A stretch of 61,998 nt of DNA, counting the filler, from Sanchytrium tribonematis (Eukaryota): assembly GCA_018985235.1 (NCBI GenBank). It is 11 parts of 11 records of this genome, joined end to end, with 100 filler letters (N's around TTAATTAATTAA, not from the genome) between each part and the next. Parts side by side here need not be neighbours in the genome. Positions count along the whole stretch, not along the records: positions 1 to 23,048 come from JADGIG010000078.1; 10 more parts are not named here. The stretch is one strand, 5' to 3'. Position 1 is the stretch's first letter; every line of letters starts with the position of its first letter. Positions 1 through 11,294 of this stretch are shown here, piece by piece. The notes beneath the pieces are model-generated. The model was not told the origin of the DNA. It saw only the letters and a program-made list of their open reading frames with translations, and did not search any database. The translations under genes and the position numbers were made by a program.

Positions 1-2735
1 TTAGTACCTAAAGCAAAAGTTCCAGATATAGAAAATGCATCCCTTCTATCGCCAATAATGCTCATTAATGGAAACATGTAATTTCTCAATTTAACGACTG
101 CTTTGCTTGCCGAAAAATGAAAATTTCTAAAAGCCTTGAACTCATAAAGATTCTGACCATTTTCTACATTTTTCATAAAGCTCTGGAGGTCATAAGCTGG
201 CGTTGTTTCCATTTGAAATTGGTCGAGAGCATATGTGAGCAATGGAATTTGAACAGGGGTCTTGTCGCTGCTAAATGGCTTTACAAAATTTCTATATTCT
301 CTAGAAATATCTTCTTTAAACATCTTATTTAGTTGAATATAATAATCGCTCATGTACTCCAACAGTTCATAGTATTTTTGTTTCAAATCTGCATTTTCCT
401 CGACAGAAAATTCCTTGTGCTGATTGTGATGTAACGGATTGCTATGCATGGTCTCCTGTTGTTTACCGGGCTCGTTTATTTTAACATTGAAAAGCTTAGC
501 TTTCTCTTGGAACAATGCTTCTCTATTTAGTCGTCTTATCTGCTCTAATCTTCCAATTTGTAGGTTTAAATTCAAGACGCTCTCAAAAGCATCATCTTCT
601 ATGGTAAAAAGACATTTGTTACAACTTGTGATTATTTTAAACGGAAGTGATCTAAAACTCGTGCTTTCACTAGGCTTCATGAAAAGCTGTGCACTTTTCC
701 AGATAAGAAGTAAACCCGTGGTAATTTCTTGAGTGCTCCAAGTCCAACATGGAATTTGTAAAAAGAAATGCTCTGCATTAAATCTCAAAGTATTGTTTTG
801 AAATGTTATCAAGGCCTTATTTATGACCAATAATTCGTGTACCTTGTCGTACGAAAGATTAACCACAGCATTGCATTGAAGCTGGAAATACTGGTCATAA
901 GTCAATGTTACAGGATCTAAATCAACATGAAGCTGAGCCTGCTCATTTAAAGGATTAAAAAATCGTATATTGATGCCTTTTAATGCGTTCAAGCTGAAAA
1001 TAGTACTAGTTGGTCCAATGGTTGGACTAGATACAGGAGTAATGCCGTTTCCTTTGACTTTGTTTAATGCGGTTAGAATATTTTGTAAAATCGATGTTCT
1101 TATAAATACACTCACAGTGCCATTAATGAAAATTTCACCGTCAAAAGTTATATCATGTAAATGAGCCAGATCACTAAAGTGATCACCGATTGTCAGATAC
1201 TCGCAACGAGTCAGTGAATCAACAGTGGTGTTCCGGAGAGTCAATTTGCATGATTCAGTTAAAAGAAAAATTTGTATTTCTTTTAGAATTATTTCCTTCT
1301 TAAATGGGTATTCGGAAGGCGTTCTGAAAGTAGTCAAGTCCTCTTTTGCCTGTTTTAAAGTCGGCCAAACCTTAAAGAACAGCTCATCCTTAATTGTTAG
1401 CACTGAGCTTTCTACTGATTGAAAATTGTTGTAACTGGGTATCATCCATTTCTCAGGACTATGTAATGAGCTAAGAATAGCATTGGTCCGTCTCAAACGG
1501 GTAGCAGAATCTGGTAATTGTGTCCAGCACTCTCTAATAGATTGTAAATACTCTAAATTTGTCAGCTTTAACGAACAAAAACTGATGTTTCTGTGAATTA
1601 GTTCAAGAATGACGGATTCGACTTTTAAATCTTGAACTTTAAACTGTACTGGATTCATCAAAATCCACAAGTCATTTTTAAGAATCGACGGCAATGAATT
1701 TTGATCAAAATCGGGCAATCTACTAAGAGCTAATCCTGAAGAATAAATCTGGTAAAATTTAATTTGGTGCAGCTCTAATTTATAGACTATATTTCTCATG
1801 TCATAGTTGATGATAGCATACTTGATGTTAATTTCAAACTTTGAATCTCTTGGCTCATCGTTTTTCGAGCTGATTTGACTAATAAAATCAGAAACAGATT
1901 GTCGAAAATTGAATAATATAGGAAGAAGTTGAAAATTGAACATGACATCCACTTGATTTACATTGACTTCTATTTCAGTAACAATTCTATTGATTTTGGT
2001 GTTGAGCTCCTCCGGAATATCAATCAATTCCTTGTCATTATTGTGTATCATTTGGAGTGGTTTCTGGCGCTTTTTAAATGCGAGGCCGATTTGCCTGCTA
2101 CTAAGTAGCATTTTTTCTTGTAAAAACATAGCAATATTAAAATTCGCGGTGATACCATGTGATTGTAAAATGTGAAATGAACTTAATTCAAATCTCGAGG
2201 TGTGAAATAAGAAAATAGCATTGAAAATGGTAATATCTAAATTGTATGATGCTGATGAATTGGGTCCCCGTTCTGATTTCAAGTCTTGATATAAGGCAGC
2301 CATCCGAAGCATATCTCCGGAAACTTCCTCAATTGATCCACTTATAATTTTGTTGTAAGATCCAACTGCATTTCGCATGGAGAAATATGGTCCATTGCAT
2401 TCTTTGACAGAAATCTTCCATACATTCTCCGAAAATGAAACGGAAAAATTTTTCAACTGAATTTCTACCTGGGCTTTGATTTTTAAATCGTCAAATTGCA
2501 ATATGATGAATCTCCTCAAAAAAGCTATCACTTCTTTCATAAGCATGGATCTTTTGGTTTTACTTGATTTCTTCACAATTATTTCGCAATATATCCATTC
2601 TAGTTTGATTTTGTAGCCAATTCGTACCCTCAGCAATCCTCGGAATCCGATTAGGCGAATAGGTATAGCAAATTTGCTTACCATCGACAAAAAGCAGGCC
2701 AACAGTATAATTATGTAATAGATTGGCGTCCACAT
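1..2735 (-). CDS. N-terminal part of a large bridge-like lipid transfer protein (BLTP2/Fmp27/Hobbit-like); runs off the window
   Basis: Minus-strand frame from ATG 2735 (MWTPIYYIIILLACFLSM, N-terminal TM anchor), still in the same frame near base 60 (AVVKLRNYMFPL, resembling the Fmp27-family LRxYPxPL motif). Missing from the ORF track, apparently because it has no stop in the window. Confidence 0.55.
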   Translation of the reverse strand, partial: MWTPIYYIIILLACFLSMVSKFAIPIRLIGFRGLLRVRIGYKIKLEWIYCEIIVKKSSKTKRSMLMKEVIAFLRRFIILQFDDLKIKAQVEIQLKNFSVSFSENVWKISVKECNGPYFSMRNAVGSYNKIISGSIEEVSGDMLRMAALYQDLKSERGPNSSASYNLDITIFNAIFLFHTSRFELSSFHILQSHGITANFNIAMFLQEKMLLSSRQIGLAFKKRQKPLQMIHNNDKELIDIPEELNTKINRIVTEIEVNVNQVDVMFNFQLLPILFNFRQSVSDFISQISSKNDEPRDSKFEINIKYAIINYDMRNIVYKLELHQIKFYQIYSSGLALSRLPDFDQNSLPSILKNDLWILMNPVQFKVQDLKVESVILELIHRNISFCSLKLTNLEYLQSIRECWTQLPDSATRLRRTNAILSSLHSPEKWMIPSYNNFQSVESSVLTIKDELFFKVWPTLKQAKEDLTTFRTPSEYPFKKEIILKEIQIFLLTESCKLTLRNTTVDSLTRCEYLTIGDHFSDLAHLHDITFDGEIFINGTVSVFIRTSILQNILTALNKVKGNGITPVSSPTIGPTSTIFSLNALKGINIRFFNPLNEQAQLHVDLDPVTLTYDQYFQLQCNAVVNLSYDKVHELLVINKALITFQNNTLRFNAEHFFLQIPCWTWSTQEITTGLLLIWKSAQLFMKPSESTSFRSLPFKIITSCNKCLFTIEDDAFESVLNLNLQIGRLEQIRRLNREALFQEKAKLFNVKINEPGKQQETMHSNPLHHNQHKEFSVEENADLKQKYYELLEYMSDYYIQLNKMFKEDISREYRNFVKPFSSDKTPVQIPLLTYALDQFQMETTPAYDLQSFMKNVENGQNLYEFKAFRNFHFSASKAVVKLRNYMFPLMSIIGDRRDAFSISGTFALGT

Positions 2736-3001
2736 AAAAGTTTAATCTTAAGAACTTGTTTCAAATGTCACACTTGAGTCTGGTTGATCCAATCTTCATC
2801 GTTTGGCTGCTAATTTTTGACTTGATTAAAATACGGATTTAAATTTGTAATCATTACTTATATCTGCTTAAATTTGTCAAACTAAAATTTGAAATTAGAT
2901 TATACTTCCATTGACACAAAGGATTTATTCTTTCAAGGCAAGGAAAAAGAATTAGCCGATATGGACATTATTTGAATTTGCAATAATTGTAATGCAAAAC
3001 T

Positions 3002-4052
3002 TTGTGTCACATTATGGACATTTTAAAATTGAAATTAGAAAGATTGGGATGTAACACGATTTTGGAGCAAAATAAACTCTCCAAATTAGAAAAAAACTTG
3101 TTCGATCAATCCGGTAAACCTCAGGCGATGCAATATTTTATAGTCTTAGTGAAATGGCTATTTCAATTAAATCAAATACAGCCGAAATGGAATTCCGAGA
3201 CCGAGCAGAATAAAATATTGGATGAGATATCTAGTATTTTTAAATCAATGAAAATCAGTGTGCCTTCAGCATCACTCAAACTAGGAAGCGGACCAGAGAT
3301 TGCAACCGCATTGAACGAATTATGCAACAAGGTTTTACCAGTAAATGGGAAAGTTGTATACAAAAATGAAAGTGTCCTTGGGAATGCGACTCAAAGGCAA
3401 CTGGAATACGAATTTATCGACGAGCAAATTACGCAGAAAAATCATGCTGAATCAAAAACAGACATATTTACTCCTTTGAATCTTGAATTTCAGAATTATG
3501 TGGTTCCTGAAATTTCAGTGTGGAATAGGGAAGTTGAGTCTCTCGACTTTTCAGAGCTCGTACCACATAACAACACAGATTGGAGAGTTCACTGGGAGCA
3601 AATCAATGGACATATACAATATATTTCTCAAAATCTGAACGGGCTAGAGGGACCTTTACTTCAAATGGTAAAATCAAATTCCGATATCTTGGAGAAAATC
3701 TTGGCGAGAGAAAAGCATTTAAATGAGGCATTCTCATCATTGGTATTCCCAACTCATTTAGATTTCGGAATATAGGCAAGTTTACAATCAGTTTCAATCA
3801 AATAATCTAGAGAAGACAAAAGAGCAGGAAAACATAAAACAAATGACCCTTCAATTATCTGAGACTTCTGGTGAATTGGATAAAATAATTAAACAGATGG
3901 ATGAATATGGTTCAAAAATAACAGATGCATCACCACTGACGGATATTAAGAATGCGATATCTGAGTTAAAAAAAGAGCTTCTACAAACTGACATCATCAT
4001 TAATGTATACAGGCAAGGCCATCTTCAAAAGACAATGGAGGTTTCTAAATAA
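3002..4052 (+). CDS. IFT57: Intraflagellar transport protein 57 (IFT57/HIPPI), 2 exons
   Basis: DWRVHWEQ and LEKILAREKHLN motifs, C-terminal coiled coil with DASPLTDIKNAISELK. The 19-nt intron 3743-3761 joins ORFs 3002 and 3843 in frame. True ATG probably 3014. Confidence 0.85.
3743..3761 (+). other. 19-nt spliceosomal intron (IFT57)
   Basis: GTATTCCCAACTCATTTAG; splicing gives FSSL|ISEYRQ, in frame to ATG 3843. Confidence 0.9.
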
Positions 4053-4097
4053 AATACAGAATATTTGGGTTTGAAACAACGTTTTTGTTTCGTAACA

Positions 4098-4301
4098 ATG
4101 GACATTGAGCTGTTATTAAACGCCCTTTTCGTTTACCCAAACCTTAATTCGAACCAAACAGATTACAGCGCTAAGCACAAAAAATTTAGGAACGACTTTT
4201 TAAATCCCAAAGTCGATCCTTTTTTACACCACCAAGATTTCCAAGTCAATAATTTGCCAGATACTGATATGATAGTAGACGAGGAAATAGTTGAAGAATA
4301 G
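4098..4301 (+). CDS. Small hypothetical protein
   Basis: ORF filling the gap between IFT57 and the deaminase; no recognisable motif. Confidence 0.4.
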   Translation: MDIELLLNALFVYPNLNSNQTDYSAKHKKFRNDFLNPKVDPFLHHQDFQVNNLPDTDMIVDEEIVEE

Positions 4302-4430
4302 TAATAAATTTATAATTTAGTTTATCGACACTTATCATCTATTTTTGCACCAAGCAAAAGTCTTTAATCATTCCTTTGGTTTTCATTGGTCCGTGTGAAA
4401 TCATAAGATCCTTTCAAACCAAACTAGACC

Positions 4431-4952
4431 ATGATTGAGCTGCCAAGTTGGTTGAATCCTGAAGACTACGAAGGAAAGAAAATGACTCATGAGGAAGCCA
4501 TGTCATTGGCTGTACAACTGAGCATGAAAAATATAGAAAACAATAGTGGCGGTCCATTTGGTGCCGTCATTTTATCACCTGTTGACAACACCGTAATAAG
4601 CGTGGGCGTAAATTTAGTAGTAACTCTCGGTTCTTCCATGTACCATGCTGAAATTGTCGCCATCTTACGAGCTCAGAAAAATCGACAATTATTTCGCATT
4701 AATGAAGGTATACTATTCACTTCTTCTCAACCTTGCTGTATGTGCTATGGCAGCTTGTTTTGGAGTGGAATTGATCAGCTTGTCATCGGAGCACGTAAAG
4801 AAGATGTTGAAACCTACACCGAATTTAAGGAAGGTCCCTTGCCGAGCGATTGGCAGTTGGAGTTGAAAGTCAGAGATATCAAGGTAAAAACGGACTTTTT
4901 AAGAGATGATGCTATTGAGGCGTTAAAACAGTACAGTAACGTCCACTATTAA
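4431..4952 (+). CDS. Zinc-dependent CDA-fold nucleoside/guanine deaminase (GuaD/NE0047-like)
   Basis: GGPFGAVI, HAE, PCCMC zinc motif, FWSGI, FKEGPLPSDW. Confidence 0.8.
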   Translation: MIELPSWLNPEDYEGKKMTHEEAMSLAVQLSMKNIENNSGGPFGAVILSPVDNTVISVGVNLVVTLGSSMYHAEIVAILRAQKNRQLFRINEGILFTSSQPCCMCYGSLFWSGIDQLVIGARKEDVETYTEFKEGPLPSDWQLELKVRDIKVKTDFLRDDAIEALKQYSNVHY

Positions 4953-4975
4953 AATAAAACTTATGGGAATTCTCC

Positions 4976-5365
4976 ATGTTCCAATTCAAGCGTTTCCATA
5001 CACATGATATTCTACAATTGTCTCACAAGCTTCTACCAAGACATAATCCAAAGGTAATGCATAATGACTCCGAAATAGACCTTAAATATTTCATGGAAAA
5101 AATTAGATCTGGGTCAGTCATAAAAATTAATTTTGATAGTGAGGATTTCACCGGAGTGATGATTCAAAAGAGGAAGAAAGGCATAGATTCGTCTATCCAT
5201 CTTCGTCAGCCCAATTACCACAGTACAGCTGTAGAACGAATGTTTAAAGTTCATAGCCCTAAGCTGTCATTAATTACTGTTATAAAGGAAGCGAAATGGG
5301 CCAGAAGAGCTCGATTGTACTACTTACGGGACCATCCAACCAAAGCAAAATCTGGATATAAATAA
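4976..5365 (+). CDS. Mitochondrial ribosomal protein bL19m (Img1-like)
   Basis: VERMFKVHSP and RRARLYYLRD L19 motifs; basic N-terminus resembling a presequence. Confidence 0.8.
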   Translation: MFQFKRFHTHDILQLSHKLLPRHNPKVMHNDSEIDLKYFMEKIRSGSVIKINFDSEDFTGVMIQKRKKGIDSSIHLRQPNYHSTAVERMFKVHSPKLSLITVIKEAKWARRARLYYLRDHPTKAKSGYK

Positions 5366-5375
5366 AAATATACAT

Positions 5376-7471
5376 TTACTCTTCGATACATAGAGATGGG
5401 GATTCTAAATTGATGTGCCACAGTTGTTGAGTGAAATCTAAAAATATTTTACCAGCTTCGTGTTTTTCCTCCTCGGAAGAATCTTCTAATTCAATCTGTT
5501 CAGATACCCTTACATTTGGCGTGGCCCCAAAATCATTTCCGTTCTTTGTATATCCCCTTATTCTATAAACATCATTTTTAGTCTTGGAGAAATAAAATTC
5601 GATTATATGTTTTGGATCTTTCTTTAAGTGCTCCTTGATCTTTTTACCAATTTTGTCAGTGAGCTGCACTAATGATTTGCGTTCTCCATCACTTACATCC
5701 AATGGTTTTTCCAAAGTACTGATCAAAATATGCAAATATTGCATCTTAAACATATAAATAAACATATCCTGCTTAAATAGTATTCTATGCAGCATTTTTA
5801 TGATACTGTGAAGTAAAACTGAATTCAGATCCATCTGTAATGCAGTCATGTAGCACTCTACAATGGACTCAGTCGCAAAATACTAAATGAACATGTAAAT
5901 ACATTTTCAAAGGTTGACACATCGACGGATCTTTCTGTTCCTTTCTGCTTCCTTTTCATGAATATAAAATTATTAATTCCACTATAAAATTCCAACGCTC
6001 TAAAGATCGAGTCGTTCAATAATATGCAACTTTTTATCAGTCCGTATCCGTAATTCCTTGCATCACGAGTCATTTGGGTCATGATTGTAAATAGTCTCTC
6101 ATCGTAAAACAACTTCGCTTGAATGGAAGTTGCTAAATCAAGAATTTCGTCATCGGAACATAATTCTTTCAAACTAGCAGAGTAATAGGCTAAACAGTCC
6201 GCCACTTTGGTAAATTCAGAATATTTTTCTTTCTCATCTGCTGCAACTTGAAAACATGACATCAAATATCTAATAAATCTAGTGGAATATAAATGGCTTA
6301 CCAAATTCCAATTCAGCTCAATGTCCGTCCCATCAATATTATATATAATCCGGTTCTTTTTGAAGCAATAAATCATGAATTCCAAAACTTGCTTGACCAA
6401 AATCATATAATAAAGTCTCGTTTCATCGCTTGTGTGTTGTTTATGGCTTTCCAAATCTTCCTGCAAAGTACTAAATAAAGGATTTGCGCCAGTATATATA
6501 AACTTTACAAGGATTTCTCGAATTAGAGCATGACCCTTTGGTGACAAGTAGTTTCTAGATTGATTTAATCCAACTGTAAATTTCTTCTTTTTACGATACT
6601 TGACTAGTTTAGCTTTGTTAAGATCCTCATAATCAGGATTTAAATTTCCAGAGACAGTTTTTATCACTTCGTCATCTACACCAATCAATTGTATGCGCGA
6701 TTTATATCTCATGGCAGAGGTTAACTTTTCTTTAGGATTAAGAATTTGCTCCTTCCTCATCAACTGTGCAAATTCGGAAGATCTCTCAAATAAACTTGGT
6801 ACATCCAAAATGAGGCTATGCATGATATCCAATAGAATCGAGTTCCATGATTTAAACTCCATCTTTCCTAATTGAGAACATACTTTTAAAATTAAATTAA
6901 ATAAATTACAATTTTTAAAGCAATTAATTAACTGCTCGTGATAAGATTCGATTTGAAAATCAGATTTTATATTTGTCGGGTCTTCTATTCTCAATAAATT
7001 TCTGAGAAATAACATACACATTCTTAATAATTGCTGGTCTTTGTCATCACGTTGTCTAAAATCTCGAGAAAATAGTTTTACAATCAGCTGCTTGACCAAA
7101 TTCATGTGATATTCATTACTAAATAGCTTTTTGTGATAAATCTGGATTTCTTCGTGATGTGTTGGCCAAGTTAAAGGTACAAGCAATTCTAGAACACTTG
7201 TTGCAATTTTTTTGTTATTCAAATGATCTTGCAAAATTGGTAACAAATCTGTTTCCGTGAACTTCTGATCAATCAGCCATTTTAAAGTTGGCCTTTGGTT
7301 TGTCAGTTCTTCTTCTTTCAATATATTTTTGATGTCTTGCAAAACTTCATTGCAACTATCACCCAGTACGTATGTAGGTTCATTAAATTGATTTAGTTCA
7401 ATACTACCCAGTGCATTAATCAAACTGACAAGTCTTCCAAGGTCGAAAAGAATATCATCGTCACTCTCCAT
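5376..7471 (-). CDS. TOF1: Timeless/Tof1/Swi1 replication fork protection protein, 2 exons
   Basis: ALG...YVLGDSC, DLLPIL, LELLVPLTWP and LRNLLRI Timeless N-terminal motifs; 20-nt intron 5883-5902 joins the two ORFs. Confidence 0.85.
5883..5902 (-). other. 20-nt spliceosomal intron (TOF1)
   Basis: GTATTTACATGTTCATTTAG; gives FEN|YFATESIVECYMTAL in frame. Confidence 0.88.
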
Positions 7472-7510
7472 GTTGCAAAAAGTTGAACATTAAATGCTCT
7501 ACCAAAATCC

Positions 7511-7517
7511 TTTCGCG
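7511..7517 (-). promoter_or_regulatory. Candidate SCB/E2F-type G1/S element CGCGAAA upstream of TOF1
   Basis: Exact CGCGAAA about 40 nt 5' of the TOF1 ATG in an AT-rich background. Confidence 0.4.
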
Positions 7518-7871
7518 AGATTTACTGCGCATTCTTTTAATGCCAAAAGGATTTATTTGAAGTCCTGAACAGAGCTCATTGGATAAACTTATGATTGGTC
7601 ACCCTCCAATTGTATTTTTTGTTATATATTTGACGTTTGCAGGGCAAGCTTAACGCATGTACCACAGAGATACAGATGGCGAAAAATTATCTCTAATTGC
7701 ACATCAATTAGTATCCGAAATCAGGAAAAGCAACCCAGAACAATTTTACTTTAGGTCTTCCGGGATCCCCCACATAAAGACTGTTCTTTTATTTGAATTA
7801 CAAAAACTAAAGAATCCCATGCTTATGCGCAATAAAAGACTCACGCGATCTAATTTTCGAAATAAATTTTA

Positions 7872-8612
7872 TTAACAAATTTCAATCAATTCTTCAGAGT
7901 CATCTACGACTCCATACCATTGCATTAAAAGATCCTCTCCACCTAGCTTGCTTTTCGAGCCATGTGTGTCATCTATATGTTCCGTCAAGTTGGATAACTT
8001 TTTATATGATTGCATGCAAAATGGACACTTCACTTGAAGATTTCCTTTATGCAGTTTTTGGTGTCTTATTAATGCAGATTTAAATCCAAAGTTCTTGTCG
8101 CAGACACTGCAGTGATGCTTTTTAATTTGAAAATGAATTGCTTCGATATGAGAATTTAAATTGTAATTGGAAACAAACGTTTTTTCACACAAATCATATG
8201 GACAAGAAAATATTCTTTTCTTCACATGCTTGGCTTCATGAATGATTTGCTCCGTAGGATGTTCTGATTGTATATGATCTTCCATTTGTTCAATTGGTAT
8301 CTTAATAAAACAAATACCGCAAACAACTAATTTCGATTTTTTTTCCTTTTTTACAACCATCTTTTTGGATTTATCATGACGCTTCATGTGCTGATTCAAA
8401 TTAGATTTATAAGTAAACTCTTTCCCGCAGTGACATTTAAATTCCTTGGGCTCGTGAACTTTATTGTGATCATTTAGATGAGCCAATCTTTTAAAAGTTT
8501 TTTTACAAATTTGACATTCATGCAGCCTCTCTTCGGAATGAACTAGCAAGTGTTCGTTGTAATGTCCTAGATGATCAAAAACTTTTTGACACTCTTTACA
8601 TTGTCGAGTCAT
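7872..8612 (-). CDS. Multi-C2H2 zinc-finger protein (about 7 fingers)
   Basis: Repeated CxxC-x12-HxxxH units; ATG at 8612. Confidence 0.85.
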   Translation of the reverse strand: MTRQCKECQKVFDHLGHYNEHLLVHSEERLHECQICKKTFKRLAHLNDHNKVHEPKEFKCHCGKEFTYKSNLNQHMKRHDKSKKMVVKKEKKSKLVVCGICFIKIPIEQMEDHIQSEHPTEQIIHEAKHVKKRIFSCPYDLCEKTFVSNYNLNSHIEAIHFQIKKHHCSVCDKNFGFKSALIRHQKLHKGNLQVKCPFCMQSYKKLSNLTEHIDDTHGSKSKLGGEDLLMQWYGVVDDSEELIEIC

Positions 8613-8638
8613 CAAATGATCGTTTCTCCTTTGTTACA

Positions 8639-11294
8639 ATGACACGAAAGGTTTTGCCGTCTTATCTCAAGCCTTCTCATTATAACTTGACAATATATCC
8701 AGACATCTACAAGCATAAATTCTATGGGGAAGTGGTAATCAAAATAGTCTCTAGTGGTTCTATCCATCTGAACGCTAAAGAATTAGAAATTTTGACAGTC
8801 AAGGTCAACGGTCAATCAAAAACATATACAAAAGACACTGAAAATGAAGCTATAATAATCGAAGGAGAGTATTTTGATGAAAATGAAGTGGTGATTAGCT
8901 ATACAGGAATTCACAATGATAAAATGAATGGCTTTTATCGAAGCAGTGTAGAGCTAGAGAACAGCAAGACGCATATGGTTGTTACTCAATTTGAGCCGAC
9001 TGATTGCAGAAAATGCATGCCATGTGTAGATGAACCCAACAAAAAGGCCACATTCCAGGTTTCAATTATTTGTGAAAATCATTTAACAGCCCTTTCAAAT
9101 ACAAGTGTGAAAGATATTTCAGATTTTGCAGTTCCAACAGATGTCAAAAGTCTTATTCATATCACAGAAAAACCATACAAAAAAGTTACTTTTGAAAAAA
9201 CTCCAATTATGAGCACTTATATTTTGGCGATGGCAACGGGAGAATTCGATTACATCGAGAGTTCTTCTGTTCCAGGGAATGGTTTGGATGCAATTCCAGT
9301 CCGAGCTTATGGTCCAAAAAATACAAAAGTGGGAAACATCAAGGAAGCAAAGTTTGCTTTAGATGTGACATGTCGCGCATTACCAGAGTTTGCTGAAAGA
9401 TTCGATATGCCGTATCCAATTGAAAAACTAGATCTTCTTGCTGTGCCTGATTTTAGTGCTGGAGCCATGGAAAATTTCGGTTTAATTACATTCAGAACTA
9501 TTTTGATGTATATTACCGAGTCTTCTTCCTTACAACACCAGCAACAGTGCGCATATGTTAATTGTCATGAACTGGCACATCAATGGTTTGGGAATAGTGT
9601 GACGTTCCAATGGTGGCAGGAATTATGGCTAAATGAAGGATTCGCCACAAAAGCTGGTTGGTATATCACAGACATTTTATTTCCGGAGTGGAAAATTTGG
9701 GACAAATTCATTGCAAATGACTATTTAAACGGCATGAATTTGGATTCTTTATTGACCACTCATCCTATTGATGTTCCTGTGGATGATCCTAACGATATCG
9801 GACAAATATTTGATGCTATTTCTTATAGCAAGGGTGCTACTGTCATCAAGATGCTGTACGACAATTACGGTGATAAATTTATAAAGGGCGTAGCCAGCTA
9901 CTTGAAGGAGTTTCGTTGGAAAAATGCTACTAGTGAGGATTTATGGAGAAATGTCAGTGCTTCGTGCGAATTTGATATTTCCAATTTGATGAGAAAATGG
10001 ACGACTATTGCTGGATATCCATTTATTGTAGTCGATAAGAATCTTAAATTAAGACAGCAACGTTTTTTAATGGAAGGATCTCAAGAAGAAACATGGCCAA
10101 TTCCATTAGGTCTCCAATGTTTTGAGGTCAGAAAAGATGGTATATACGCAAGTGAGATAAAGCCTTTACAATATCAGCTTATGGAAAAAGTAGAACATCA
10201 ATTGCAATTATTTCCTTGTACCAAACTCGTTGCAAAAATTCAGTTGTCCGAAGAATTTAGTTGCTTTAAGCTAAATATTAAACAGTCCACAATGGTTCGA
10301 GTTCAATATCATGACATTACGCCCTTGTTAAAATTAGTGGAAGTCCAGCTAAAAAACAAGCTGGAAATTTTAAGTGCTGGTGACAGGCTTGGAATACTTA
10401 ACGATATGTATAATCTTGCGCAATCAGGAAAGTCAAGTGTGCTACAGTACCTCAACGCTTTGAAATATTATAAGGACGAAGAGGACTATTATGTTTTGAA
10501 TGACCTAGCTCAATCGTTACAGACTATACTTGAAATTTTTACCGATTCTACTGTGACAGCAAAGGTGAACTCGCTACGAAGAGACATTTTTACGTCTATT
10601 GCTTTCGATTTAGGCTGGGACTATAATGATGATAATCATTTGAAACGAACTTTGGCAATATCCCAAGCAGGATTGGCGAATGAAAAAAGGTAATTTTGTA
10701 TAATATAGAATTGTTGCTGAAGCGGAGAAGAGGTTTCTTGAATTTATGGACGGAAAAGACTCAATTAATCCAAATTTGATTAGCAAAGTGTTTCAGATTG
10801 TTCTTGTTAATTCTGCAACGATTGAAAATTATAACAAGGTCAAGAATTATTACCTAAACTGCACACTAATGGACAGAAAATTAGGAGCTTTAGGCACTTT
10901 AGGGCATATCAAAAACAAAGCCTTGATTCAGGATTGCTTATCAATGCTTTTAAGCGAACAAGTGAGAGCTCAAGATGTCATTTACTTACTACAAGGACTT
11001 GGAAATAATGCAGAAGCAAGAAAAATGACACTTGACTTTGTGAAGGAAAATTGGGAAAAGCTGACCTTATTATTAGAAGGCTCCTTAAATTTACTAGGAA
11101 GCTGCATTTCACGATCTTGCTGCTATTTTAGCGATGACGCAATTGCAGATGACATTCAAAACTGCTTTTCTGCCAAAAAGGAATGGAAGCAAATCAGTAG
11201 ATCTGTCGAGCAAACAGTCGAGAAAATTAGAAATCGAGCTAAATGGAACAAACGAGATTCAAACGATGTTTTAAATTGGGCTACTTCTAAATAA
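8639..11294 (+). CDS. M1 family aminopeptidase (Ape2/puromycin-sensitive type), 2 exons
   Basis: TQFEPTD, GAMEN, HELAH-x18-E, ISYSKG and ERAP1-like C-terminal region; 19-nt intron 10690-10708. Confidence 0.93.
10690..10708 (+). other. 19-nt spliceosomal intron (aminopeptidase)
   Basis: GTAATTTTGTATAATATAG; gives NEK-R-IVAEAEKRFLEFMD, in frame to 10746. Confidence 0.9.

Noticed and set aside
117..2175. Several short plus-strand ORFs
   Set aside because: Antisense to the long minus-strand BLTP2-like frame; no motifs.
5438..5452. Possible 15-nt in-frame intron GTAAAATATTTTTAG near the TOF1 3' end
   Set aside because: Lacks the A(-6)/T(-8) pattern seen in all 17 supported introns and is not needed to keep the frame.
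7657..7875. 72-aa ORF overlapping the zinc-finger gene stop by 4 nt
   Set aside because: Could be a real small gene given the genome's packing, but it has no motif or supportable upstream exon, so it is not called.
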